NCBI GenBank assembly: GCA_022703645.1
Contig: JAKLDG010000001.1
Coordinates: 9,328 to 73,327, forward strand
Direction: 5' to 3'
Origin: Patescibacteria group bacterium
GTDB taxonomy: Bacteria; Patescibacteriota; JACPGU01
DNA: 64,000 bases
Below the pieces are notes generated by a model. The model was not told where the DNA came from. It saw only the letters and a program-made list of their open reading frames with translations, and ran no database searches. This document shows, in pieces, positions 56,804-64,000 of this stretch; positions within the stretch are counted from its first letter, which is position 1, and each line of letters begins with the position of its first letter. Both the position numbers and the translations under genes were made by a program.

Positions 56804-56942
56804 ATATTTATATCACGAAACAATGACTTATTCAAGCCACTTTTATTAAATAGATTTTTATGTTACAATATAATTGTAGGTACACACCGCGTGTGCTCAG
56901 TAAAAGGGCGCATAGCAATGCGCCCCTAAAGAACTGCAACGA

Positions 56943-57301
56943 GGGCCTGTACAGGTTTCGCCAAGAAGATCCTTAAAAAAGTGGATGCAAGTAGAGTGAC
57001 GTTTGTAACCTCTTAAATCTAACCAAACAAAAATACGAGCAAAAGTTAATTTTGCCCCTGCTATGGCGTAATTACGCGTAAGCAGCATCGGTCTGCGCTT
57101 TGCCTAAGGGCGTAAAATCGGTGTCACTACTTTAGGTCGCTCGCCAGTAGATATCCTTTTGTAATGGCGCTAAGACACTAAGGGTGGGATAGAATAATTT
57201 CGTTCTGATTTTTACCTCTATCCGACACTTTAATCGGAACTAAACTTGTAGATACTGCTTTTTTAACTTTTTGCACGGCGGTTCGATTCCGCCCAGGTCC
57301 A
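56943..57301 (+). ncRNA. ssrA: tmRNA (SsrA)
   Basis: tRNA-like 3' domain GCACGGCGGTTCGATTCCGCCCAGGTCCA parallels E. coli GGACGGGGGTTCAAATCCCCCCGGCTCCA. The 5' end GGGCCTG pairs with CAGGTCC and is followed by GGTTTCGCC (D-loop analogue). Internal tag ORF GCA AAA GTT AAT TTT GCC CCT GCT ATG GCG TAA at 57039-57071 (AKVNFAPAMA). smpB lies in the same window. Confidence 0.75.
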
Positions 57302-57315
57302 TTGATGAAAAATAA

Positions 57316-57339
57316 TAGCTTATTTAAGCTACTTTTTTA
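57316..57339. terminator. Terminator (TAGCTTA-TT-TAAGCTA plus T6) after the tmRNA
   Basis: Perfect 7-bp stem followed by CTTTTTT. Confidence 0.55.
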
Positions 57340-57859
57340 GTAGTAAATCGCTGTAAGAACCTGCTATTAGGTCTTTCTTTTTTATATCAAAAAATTGTAG
57401 GTATTCTTTTATTTGCTCTCGCAATTTTTTTAACTGGCTTTCTTTTTCTCCTCTAACTTCGATTTCTATGAATTTCCCTAATCCGACGACATTATCTATG
57501 TGAAACCTGATATTATCTAAAATATAGATTTCTCTTTGCTTTTTTACTATCACTTTTACTCCCAGAGCTTTTTTAAGACTGGGAATAACATTGGACTTTT
57601 TATCTATTATAGAAACAAGAAAATCACTTCTTTTAGGTGAGCTTTTATTCTCTCTATTATACTGGATTAGAATATCATCAATATCTCCAACTCTGGTTTT
57701 TAGTCTACCACTCTTTACATTGAAATAAACATCTTCCATATTAAATTTACCAAGAAACTTTGCTTTTTTTAGCTTTAATATCTTTCTGATTTTTTCTTGG
57801 TTTTCGCAGCGAGCTTTTATTTCAATGTCTAATCCTGTTTTTTGTAATTTTATGTCCAT
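57329..57859 (-). CDS. CYTH-domain protein (class IV adenylyl cyclase / triphosphatase-like)
   Basis: 176 aa. N-terminal DIEIKAR (ExExK) and C-terminal GLGKFIEIEVRG acidic strand typical of CYTH/CyaB. Confidence 0.6.
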   Translation of the reverse strand: MDIKLQKTGLDIEIKARCENQEKIRKILKLKKAKFLGKFNMEDVYFNVKSGRLKTRVGDIDDILIQYNRENKSSPKRSDFLVSIIDKKSNVIPSLKKALGVKVIVKKQREIYILDNIRFHIDNVVGLGKFIEIEVRGEKESQLKKLREQIKEYLQFFDIKKKDLIAGSYSDLLLKK

Positions 57860-57860
57860 A

Positions 57861-58418
57861 TTATTTAATTTTTTTTAATAAGTTTTTTGAATTATCTACT
57901 TCGCCAAAATTATTCTTAAAATTATCCAAAGCAAATTTATGGAAGTCTTTATTTCTGGAAGCAACAAGGTTGCTCAGAACCACAACATTATATCCTCGAG
58001 CAACCCCTGACCTTGCTGTTGAGTCAACACATACCGAGGTTGAAATTCCTGCGATTAAAATGTTTTTTACCTTGTCTTTTTTAAGAAAGAAATCCAGCTT
58101 TGTATTATAAAAACCATCGTGTGTCTTTTTTATTATAATTCTATCTGCTTTTTCTTCTGGTAAGCAAGGCTCTGTGCCCTTGCTTCCGCTTAAACAAAAC
58201 ACACACTTATCACCTTTGATAACAAAGTCATCATAGTTTGAAAGAATAAAATATATTGGTATATTTTTATCTCTAAACTGTTTGATTGCTTTATTTATCT
58301 TTTTTGCCAATGCAAAATTATGCTCTATTGGATAACCTAATTTGTTATATGCAGAACCTTTGGTGCAGAAATCTTTTTGAATATCAATAACAATTAAAGC
58401 TGTATTTTTTGAGTTCAT
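57861..58418 (-). CDS. Isochorismatase-family cysteine hydrolase (nicotinamidase PncA-like)
   Basis: 185 aa. ALIVIDIQKDF (Asp), mid-protein Lys and GISTSVCVDSTARS (catalytic Cys) of the isochorismatase fold. Confidence 0.75.
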   Translation of the reverse strand: MNSKNTALIVIDIQKDFCTKGSAYNKLGYPIEHNFALAKKINKAIKQFRDKNIPIYFILSNYDDFVIKGDKCVFCLSGSKGTEPCLPEEKADRIIIKKTHDGFYNTKLDFFLKKDKVKNILIAGISTSVCVDSTARSGVARGYNVVVLSNLVASRNKDFHKFALDNFKNNFGEVDNSKNLLKKIK

Positions 58419-58670
58419 TAGGGTCTATTTTATCATAACAGAGTGATATTTTCAACAATTTACCAACAAACTTTGTATTTGTGATAACATTAAATCAGGA
58501 TATTTGATATTCTCAATCCACTCCCCAGTTCGAAAATCATCCCACGAGCTCCATTGAAGTTTTTGTGGCTTTAATAAGCCGTTATTTCAGGTTAGTTGTA
58601 ATTTAGACAGATTTCTAAAAAAGTGTTATAATTGATACCAATAATAATAAATAATGATTAGGAGGCAAAA

Positions 58671-59372
58671 ATGAAAAAAATAGTTATATCTTTGGTTGTG
58701 GTTTTTTCTTTAGCTTTTGCATCGCAAGCTTTGGCGGCTAATACAGGCGCTGGCCAACAAGGTGTTCACGAACCGGGAACGGGTATTGCTAATCCGGAAG
58801 TCAAAGAAGAGGGTCAAGGAACCGGTCAGGGGTTGACCAATCAATCCGAGAGTCAGACACAAAGCCAAACTCAAAATCAAGGAGAGGATAGCCAGATCCA
58901 AAATCAAGTTCAAAATCAAGCCCAGACAGAAACCAAGAGCAATGCTTCAGAGATGGGGGTTCAGAGAAGAAGTAGGGTTGCAACTGCAGTGCAAGAAATG
59001 TTGCAAATTGCAGATAGAAATGGTGGTATAGGTCAGCAAGTAAGAGAAATTGCCCAAGCTCAAAACCAAGAATTTGAAGATGCTGAAGCAAGCCTAACTC
59101 GTGCTCAAGAAAGAACTGGATTTGTAAAGTTTTTCATCGGCCCAAACTATGGCAAAATCTATGATGCTGAAAAAAGAATGGAAAGAGTTCAGGAGAGAAT
59201 CCAAGAACTAATTCAATTAAAAACTCAACTATCTAACTCAGGTGATCAGCAACTATTACAACAACATATCCAAAATCTGGAACAGGTAAAAACCGAATTG
59301 CAAAATAAATTACAAGAGGAGCAAAAAGGATTTAGTTTGTTTGGCTGGGCATTCAGATTGTTTGCGAAATAA
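58671..59372 (+). CDS. Secreted Gln-rich coiled-coil hypothetical protein
   Basis: Signal peptide. QSESQTQSQTQNQ / QNQVQNQAQ low-complexity region and a C-terminal heptad-rich segment. Confidence 0.45.
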   Translation: MKKIVISLVVVFSLAFASQALAANTGAGQQGVHEPGTGIANPEVKEEGQGTGQGLTNQSESQTQSQTQNQGEDSQIQNQVQNQAQTETKSNASEMGVQRRSRVATAVQEMLQIADRNGGIGQQVREIAQAQNQEFEDAEASLTRAQERTGFVKFFIGPNYGKIYDAEKRMERVQERIQELIQLKTQLSNSGDQQLLQQHIQNLEQVKTELQNKLQEEQKGFSLFGWAFRLFAK

Positions 59373-59392
59373 GAAAATAGAGTATTACAAAA

Positions 59393-59417
59393 GACCGCTC
59401 AAAGGAGCGGTTTTTTA
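59393..59417 (+). terminator. Rho-independent terminator (ACCGCTC-AAAG-GAGCGGT plus T6)
   Basis: Perfect 7-bp stem followed by TTTTTT. Confidence 0.6.
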
Positions 59418-59527
59418 ATTGTAAACAAAGTCATTGACTTGTTTGGGTATTGGGTATATACTCATAATATAGTTATGCATAATTATGCAAAATGGTCGAT
59501 AACATCACTAAAATTAAGGAGAATTAT

Positions 59528-59776
59528 ATGCCAAAATTAGATGGAACTGGGCCCCAAGGAGCAGGTCCCCTTACTGGCCGTGGGTGCGGAAAATGTAATG
59601 GTGCTCAACGAACAGGCATGGGCAGAGGGCTTGGTTGCAGAGGTGGCAGGAGAGGGTTCGGACGTATGGCGGTTGGTCTATCGCCAGTAGAAACAAGGAA
59701 AGCTCTGAAAATAGAGAAGGAACTCTTAAAACAAGAATTGGAAGCTGTTGAAAAAGGATTGAAAGCCCAAAAATAA
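59528..59776 (+). CDS. DUF5320-like protein (Gly/Arg-rich N-terminus, coiled-coil C-terminus)
   Basis: Start at MPKLDG (RBS AAGGAG). GTGPQGAGPLTGRGCGKCNG..GRGLGCRGGRRGFGR then a KELLKQELEAVEKGLK coiled coil. Confidence 0.5.
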   Translation: MPKLDGTGPQGAGPLTGRGCGKCNGAQRTGMGRGLGCRGGRRGFGRMAVGLSPVETRKALKIEKELLKQELEAVEKGLKAQK

Positions 59777-59867
59777 AAGAAGGCGCTCACCCCCGCTCTT
59801 TTTGTAAAGGGCGGGGACACCTTCTTTTATAGATTTTATTTTATCAAAAAATGCTATAATAATCAAA

Positions 59868-60173
59868 ATGAGACCACGACTTTGCAGAAAAATTAGATTT
59901 AATCCTAAAACTACTTATTTCAAACCGCAGGGAATACCCATGCGAGATTTAGAAGTAGTAGTTTTAACTTTGGAAGAAGTAGAGGCCTTAAGATTAAAAA
60001 ACATTGAAAAGTTAAGTCAAACGGAATGTGCGAAAAAGATGAAAACCTCCCAAAGCACATTTCAAAGAATTTTAGCTTCAGCCTACAATAAGGTTTCAAA
60101 AGCTATTATTGAGGGTAAGGCCATAGAAATAAATAATAACAATAAAGAAGGAATATTTTATGAAAAAAATTAA
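59868..60173 (+). CDS. DUF134 (UPF0251) family predicted DNA-binding protein
   Basis: MRPRLCRKIRFNPKTTYFKPQGIP...VVVLTLEEVEALRL....LSQTECAKKM.TSQSTFQRIL matches the conserved DUF134 N-terminus (MPRPRKCRRV...YFKPRGIP) and HTH. Confidence 0.75.
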   Translation: MRPRLCRKIRFNPKTTYFKPQGIPMRDLEVVVLTLEEVEALRLKNIEKLSQTECAKKMKTSQSTFQRILASAYNKVSKAIIEGKAIEINNNNKEGIFYEKN

Positions 60174-60459
60174 AATAAACGCCTTGGTGGATATTTTTGC
60201 TTTCGTTGCCGGTTTGATAGTTGCAAAATCGGGACTCGTTTTATGGTTTATATTGCCATCTGGGTCAGGTGGAGGATTTCAAGGAGGAAAAGGAGGTGGT
60301 GTTGAAAAATCATTTTTCTTTTTATCAAGACACGAATGGCAGACAATTCATAATTGGGTTGGTTTGATTTTGATTATTTTAATTTTACTACATCTAATAC
60401 TCCACTGGTCATACATAAAAAATATAAATAAAATTTTACTTAAGAATAAGGAGGACTAA
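60160..60459 (+). CDS. DUF4405-like small membrane protein
   Basis: 99 aa with two TM helices and conserved His (HEWQTIHNW, LLHLILHW). Overlaps the DUF134 gene end. Confidence 0.45.
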   Translation: MKKIKINALVDIFAFVAGLIVAKSGLVLWFILPSGSGGGFQGGKGGGVEKSFFFLSRHEWQTIHNWVGLILIILILLHLILHWSYIKNINKILLKNKED

Positions 60460-60683
60460 TGAAAAAGTTAATTTGGGTTCAGTTTTTTGTTTTGTTGGCA
60501 GGCGCATTATTTGCCTGGACAAATTTCACAATCGAATTAGTTGACTATCTTAATAAGCGCGCTTGTTCTACGGGTTGCGCAGTTGGTGTGGTAAATCCAT
60601 TTCTCACACCTTGTTTTTATGGAGCAATCGTATTTACCATAGCTTTTGTTTTAAGCGCAGTAATTGTAAAAAAAATCCAATAG
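60459..60683 (+). CDS. Small hypothetical membrane protein with a CxxxC motif
   Basis: 74 aa with two TM helices and CSTGC between them. Start overlaps the preceding stop. Confidence 0.35.
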   Translation: MKKLIWVQFFVLLAGALFAWTNFTIELVDYLNKRACSTGCAVGVVNPFLTPCFYGAIVFTIAFVLSAVIVKKIQ

Positions 60684-60692
60684 CAATAAATA

Positions 60693-60935
60693 ATGCCTTA
60701 TTTTCTCTACATTCTCCTTTGCAAAAATAACAAGCTCTACACCGGGATTGCGGTTGATGTTGAAAAGCGTTTTGAATTACATAAATCAGGGAAAGGTGCA
60801 AAATATACGCAAAGAAATAAACCGATAAAAGTCGTTTATACGCAGAAGTTTAAGACAAGATCGATGGCTTTAAAACGTGAAGCCGAAATTAAGAGTATGA
60901 AAAAGCAGGAGAAGGAGGGCTTAGTTGGTTTGTAA
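60693..60935 (+). CDS. GIY-YIG nuclease family protein (YhbQ/UPF0213-like)
   Basis: 80 aa. FLYILLCKNNKLYTGIAVDVEKRFELH..GKGAKYT motif (GIY...YIG, catalytic Arg and Glu). Confidence 0.7.
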   Translation: MPYFLYILLCKNNKLYTGIAVDVEKRFELHKSGKGAKYTQRNKPIKVVYTQKFKTRSMALKREAEIKSMKKQEKEGLVGL

Positions 60936-60939
60936 AGCT

Positions 60940-61803
60940 TCATTTTATCTCTTTCAAGTAATCTTTTAATTTCTTTCCCAGATCTTCTCGTTTCAGAGTA
61001 TAGTCAATAGTGGCTTTGATCCAACCCCATTTATCGCCTGTATCATAGCGTTTACCTTCGAATTTATAGCCATAAATTGAACCGCCTTTTTCAATATATC
61101 TGCGAAACCCATCAATAAGACGAATTTCTTCGCCTTCTTTTTTCTCAATCTCTTTCAGGCACTCTAAGACTTCAGGGGTTACGATATATTTTCCCACAAT
61201 CCCAAGGTTGCTTGGCGCATCTCCTTGCTTTGGTTTTTCTACCAATCCCTTAATTTTATAAATATTTCCATCACTGCTTTCTGGATCAATAACTCCGTAG
61301 GATGAAATATTTTCGGCAGGCACTTCTTCAACGCAAATCACAGGAGATCTGGTTTTCTCAAATACCTTCATCATTTGCGCTAACGCTGGTTTTTCTGAAT
61401 CGATAATATCATCGCCAAATAAAACGGCGATTGGTTCATCACCAACCAGATGGGCGGCGCAGAGAATCGCATGGCCGTCGCCCAGCGGCATCGGCTGGCG
61501 GACATAGGCAATTTTTGCGAGATTTGGAATAGCGCGGACTTCAGCAAGCAGGCCCTCTTTTCCTTTCTCCACGAGATTGCTTTCCAGCTCAATACTATAG
61601 TCAAAATAATCTTCAATACTTCTTTTGCCACGACCAGTCACAATAATAATTTCCTCGATACCGGAATTTACCGCTTCTTCCACTAGATAGTGGAGGATTG
61701 GTTTATCAACAATCGGCAGCATTTCTTTTGGTTGCGCTTTTGTAATCGGTAGAAATCTCGTACCCAGCCCTGCGACTGGGAGAATCGCTTTAATGATTTT
61801 CAA
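60940..61803 (-). CDS. galU: UTP--glucose-1-phosphate uridylyltransferase
   Basis: 287 aa. AILPVAGLGTRFLPITKAQPKEMLPIVDKP N-terminus diagnostic for GalU. Confidence 0.9.
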   Translation of the reverse strand: MKIIKAILPVAGLGTRFLPITKAQPKEMLPIVDKPILHYLVEEAVNSGIEEIIIVTGRGKRSIEDYFDYSIELESNLVEKGKEGLLAEVRAIPNLAKIAYVRQPMPLGDGHAILCAAHLVGDEPIAVLFGDDIIDSEKPALAQMMKVFEKTRSPVICVEEVPAENISSYGVIDPESSDGNIYKIKGLVEKPKQGDAPSNLGIVGKYIVTPEVLECLKEIEKKEGEEIRLIDGFRRYIEKGGSIYGYKFEGKRYDTGDKWGWIKATIDYTLKREDLGKKLKDYLKEIK

Positions 61804-61869
61804 GTTTTTACTTTAATTATATTATAGAGAAAAGCCTGTTCCGATTATTCTCGAGGGATTTCAGTACAA

Positions 61870-61941
61870 TGGGCGGTACAAGGATTGAACTTGTGGCCTT
61901 TCGCACGTCAAGCGAACGCTCTACCACTGAGCTAACCGCCC
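61870..61941 (-). tRNA. tRNA-Val (anticodon GAC)
   Basis: Reverse complement folds as GGGCGGT-TA-GCTC-AGTGGTA-GAGC-G-TTCGC-TTGACGT-GCGAA-AGGCC-ACAAG-TTCAATC-CTTGT-ACCGCCC-A. Confidence 0.8.
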
Positions 61942-62018
61942 ATGTCAGGATTTATTTTATCATACAGATGTATATTTCTCAACCAAAAAACTCGGGTGTC
62001 ACCGAGTTTTTTGGTTGT

Positions 62019-62396
62019 CTATTTTCTTTTTGCTATTTTCTTTTTTGTAGTTTTGCATCCACAATTGCAATTTACCCTCCCGCATTTTTTGCAGATACAT
62101 TTTTTTGCGGCAGGCTTCTTTGCTGTTTTAGCAACTTGCTTTGCTGTTTTAGCTACGCCTTTTCCAAACTTTGTTGCAGCGCGGCTTACATCTCTAAACT
62201 GTTTTTTTACTTCTTTATCTTGGAATCTTTCCGCAAAAGTTTTTGCGGCTGAAACTACATTTTCTCCAAGTTTTTGTGTTTCAGATTTTAGTTTTGAGTC
62301 TTTAAATATTGATGCGACTGCTTCACCAAACTCACTAAAAACGCTTCCCAAGTCCTTGGCAGTTTTTTCAATATACACACTCTTCTTTTTTGCCAT
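62019..62396 (-). CDS. Lys/Ala-rich basic protein with a C-terminal Cys cluster (possible nucleoid-associated / metal-binding protein)
   Basis: 125 aa. AKTAKQVAKTAKKPAAKK repeats and C-terminal CICKKCGRVNCNCGCK. Extended -10 TGcTATAAT upstream. Long opposite-strand ORFs here are codon-bias artefacts. Confidence 0.45.
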   Translation of the reverse strand: MAKKKSVYIEKTAKDLGSVFSEFGEAVASIFKDSKLKSETQKLGENVVSAAKTFAERFQDKEVKKQFRDVSRAATKFGKGVAKTAKQVAKTAKKPAAKKCICKKCGRVNCNCGCKTTKKKIAKRK

Positions 62397-62472
62397 TTTT
62401 GTTTTTATTTAATAATATTTTTCTTAATTATAGCACTATTATTTTTTTGTGAAAGGTTGTTTTGTTAAAATT

Positions 62473-62503
62473 AAAAAGGGGTACACGCAATGTGCCCCTA
62501 AAA
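62473..62503 (-). terminator. Minus-strand terminator (GGGGCACA-TTGCG-TGTACCCC plus T-run)
   Basis: Hairpin followed by TTTTTAATTTT on the minus strand. Homologous to the hairpin at 56903-56930. Confidence 0.5.
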
Positions 62504-62541
62504 GATATTCTATGTTTCGTTTTTTCATAACACTATTTTTA

Positions 62542-62850
62542 TTAAGTTTCCGCGACCAAGTTTTTTGCGATTGCGACCAGAGATTCATAAAGTTCGGTAC
62601 GGTTTTTTTTACCTACATCACATTTGCAGTTCAAACCATTCTCTCCAAGGGTAACTTTATAGTTTAAGGTATTATATCTTTCGACGTTTACCCTTATTGG
62701 TTTTTTTCCTGAAAATCCATGGGAATTTCCGAGGAAATTTTCGATTTCCTCGAATGGAACCCAAAAAGTTATTTTTGCTGTAGAATCGATAACATGAAAG
62801 TTTATCATTTTTTCTACCTCATTTATTAATGTCCACCAAATTCGTGGCAA
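62542..62850 (-). CDS. Hypothetical protein (102 aa)
   Basis: ORF followed by a terminator. No family recognised. Confidence 0.4.
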   Translation of the reverse strand: MPRIWWTLINEVEKMINFHVIDSTAKITFWVPFEEIENFLGNSHGFSGKKPIRVNVERYNTLNYKVTLGENGLNCKCDVGKKNRTELYESLVAIAKNLVAET

Positions 62851-62895
62851 TTATATTTTAGCATATCTTAGAGAAAAATTGCAAATTTAGCACAA

Positions 62896-62926
62896 ATGAA
62901 AACCCGCGAAGTAATCATCGCGGGTT
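62896..62926 (-). terminator. Terminator (AACCCGCGA-loop-TCGCGGGTT) after the 348-aa gene
   Basis: Perfect 9-bp stem; T-run on the minus strand. Confidence 0.55.
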
Positions 62927-62941
62927 TTGGAGTGAACAGAA

Positions 62942-63988
62942 TTAATTGTTGCTAGTTTTATTTCCCATATCTGGCGGAAAATCGATAGTGCTGAACATAT
63001 CCTCTACATTTGGAATATTCCGGAGAGCCGAATCTCTTTCCGATTCTGTCATTTTCCCAGAATTGAAGAACCTCTCAACTACAAGTCTGAAATTCTCATC
63101 TTTTACTATGAGCTCAGTTTCGCCCTTCGGCAGAATAATTACTTCTTCGGTGACATGGCCGCATTGTTCGTGGTTGGCGTTAAAAACCTTTATTTCCACC
63201 GTTGCCGTTATTTTGAGATCGTTTATCTCAGCATCAAGTACTACATCCGGGAATATAACCCTCCCATCTCCATCGGCTTGGGATTTAATCGTTTCGCTCG
63301 GTAGTAGCGTGAGGTGGTCGACTCTTGATCCTTTGATAACAGGGAGAAAAACTCCCAGAGTGAAATAAACCGAGTGTAGAATCGAATCTCCCTCAATCAG
63401 AGCTGAAGGGTTCATCAGTTCAAAATCCAACGGCAAATCGAGAGGAAGGACAAAGGTACCTGTGCTGTTGGGTTTTCTAGTGATTTCTATATAGGGATCA
63501 AAAGATTTGCAAATGGGGGAATATTTCAGTCCTCCACCGCCTGTTCCATCTTCTTCATTAATGGCGATGCGGAATATCTTATGTACTTTGTTCTTGGAAG
63601 TGCTTTTAATGAAACGCTGAACGGTTGATTCATCGACCTCATCAAAATAGCGGCTGCCTTCCACCCTTTTCGCTATCGATCTTATTACTGCAAAAAGAGC
63701 TTCTCTTTTGATGTCTCTCCAGCGTTTGGCTGGAGAAAATGCTTCTTTTTTTGATACGATATCAATAAATCGGTCAAAAACATGGCGGAATACCCTTCGC
63801 ACTTCCGGTTTTCTATTTCCCGGATCGAGTGCTTGAGCGATATGGCCGCATTCAATGGGCGTTATCTTTTCCCAAATGGCTGGGTTATTGGGCAGGTAAC
63901 CATTCATGTCAGTATTGCCTTTACGCAGCTTCATCACTTCGACTACATGTTTTACCACGTAGTAGTAAAGTACCATTCTTCCTTTCAT
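62942..63988 (-). CDS. Hypothetical protein (at least 348 aa; N-terminus near or beyond the window edge), higher GC
   Basis: Long clean ORF reaching the window end. No family recognised. Confidence 0.45.
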   Translation of the reverse strand: MKGRMVLYYYVVKHVVEVMKLRKGNTDMNGYLPNNPAIWEKITPIECGHIAQALDPGNRKPEVRRVFRHVFDRFIDIVSKKEAFSPAKRWRDIKREALFAVIRSIAKRVEGSRYFDEVDESTVQRFIKSTSKNKVHKIFRIAINEEDGTGGGGLKYSPICKSFDPYIEITRKPNSTGTFVLPLDLPLDFELMNPSALIEGDSILHSVYFTLGVFLPVIKGSRVDHLTLLPSETIKSQADGDGRVIFPDVVLDAEINDLKITATVEIKVFNANHEQCGHVTEEVIILPKGETELIVKDENFRLVVERFFNSGKMTESERDSALRNIPNVEDMFSTIDFPPDMGNKTSNN

Positions 63989-64000
63989 TTCCGGAAGAAG

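Noticed and set aside
56897-57088. 63-aa minus-strand ORF
   Set aside because: Lies within the tmRNA gene on the opposite strand.
58520-58560. Possible degenerate copy of the tmRNA 3' end (GTTCGA ... TCCATTGAAG) that would delimit a 1.25-kb islet containing the CYTH and isochorismatase genes
   Set aside because: Only two short blocks (GTTCGA and TCCATTGA) match and their spacing differs by 5 nt. Not a convincing att repeat without a genome-wide comparison.
61869-62412. Two long plus-strand ORFs (127 and 156 aa, Phe/Leu/Cys-rich) overlapping the Lys-rich minus-strand gene and the tRNA-Val
   Set aside because: They are the antisense reading of AAA/AAG/GCA-rich codons, which gives TTT/CTT/TGC-rich frames without stops. 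They overlap a tRNA and have no start context. The minus-strand gene has a promoter and a sensible protein composition.
1-64000. CRISPR array, integrase, transposase or restriction-modification genes
   Set aside because: The dispersed palindromic elements are not regularly spaced direct repeats with unique spacers. No ORF shows tyrosine/serine recombinase, DDE transposase, Cas or methyltransferase motifs on inspection.

Overview
AT-rich bacterial chromosome segment of about 64 kb with a compact gene layout. Gene content and architecture suggest a Candidate Phyla Radiation (Patescibacteria) genome: a multi-domain lamin-tail-domain/PKD surface protein, split ComEC and split transketolase, a short single Rel enzyme, many lysine-rich tails, DUF134/DUF5320 proteins and weak Shine-Dalgarno usage. 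Most of the window is housekeeping: hrcA with a perfect CIRCE operator, yebC-ruvC, gpmI, a pentose-phosphate cluster (rpiB, rpe, split tkt), trxB, ABC-F, ftsH, rarA, an MgtA-like P-type ATPase, bL25, smpB, typA, galU, an SPFH protein and a LemA/DUF2207 pair. RNA genes recognised are tRNA-Ser(TGA), a tRNA with anticodon GCG (Arg), tRNA-Val(GAC, minus strand) and a tmRNA (ssrA) with an in-frame tag ORF. No CRISPR array, integrase or transposase was seen. The most distinctive non-coding content is several families of long AT-rich palindromic intergenic repeats built from CAAT/ATTG or AGTTATAAAG words, usually directly after stop codons. One family has a GCGAAGC mini-hairpin core. Candidate accessory or poorly understood loci are: a ComEC N-part / HAD nucleotidase / ComEC metallo-beta-lactamase (MBL) trio; an overlapping two-gene orphan module at 11.3-12.7 kb; a direct repeat of the tRNA-Ser 3' end; a higher-GC Cys-rich orphan with an 11-bp inverted-repeat operator next to the tmRNA; a CYTH/isochorismatase pair; a DUF5320-DUF134-DUF4405-GIY-YIG cluster; and a Lys-rich protein with a Cys-cluster tail. 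All family assignments are from reading motifs by eye and need HMM confirmation.
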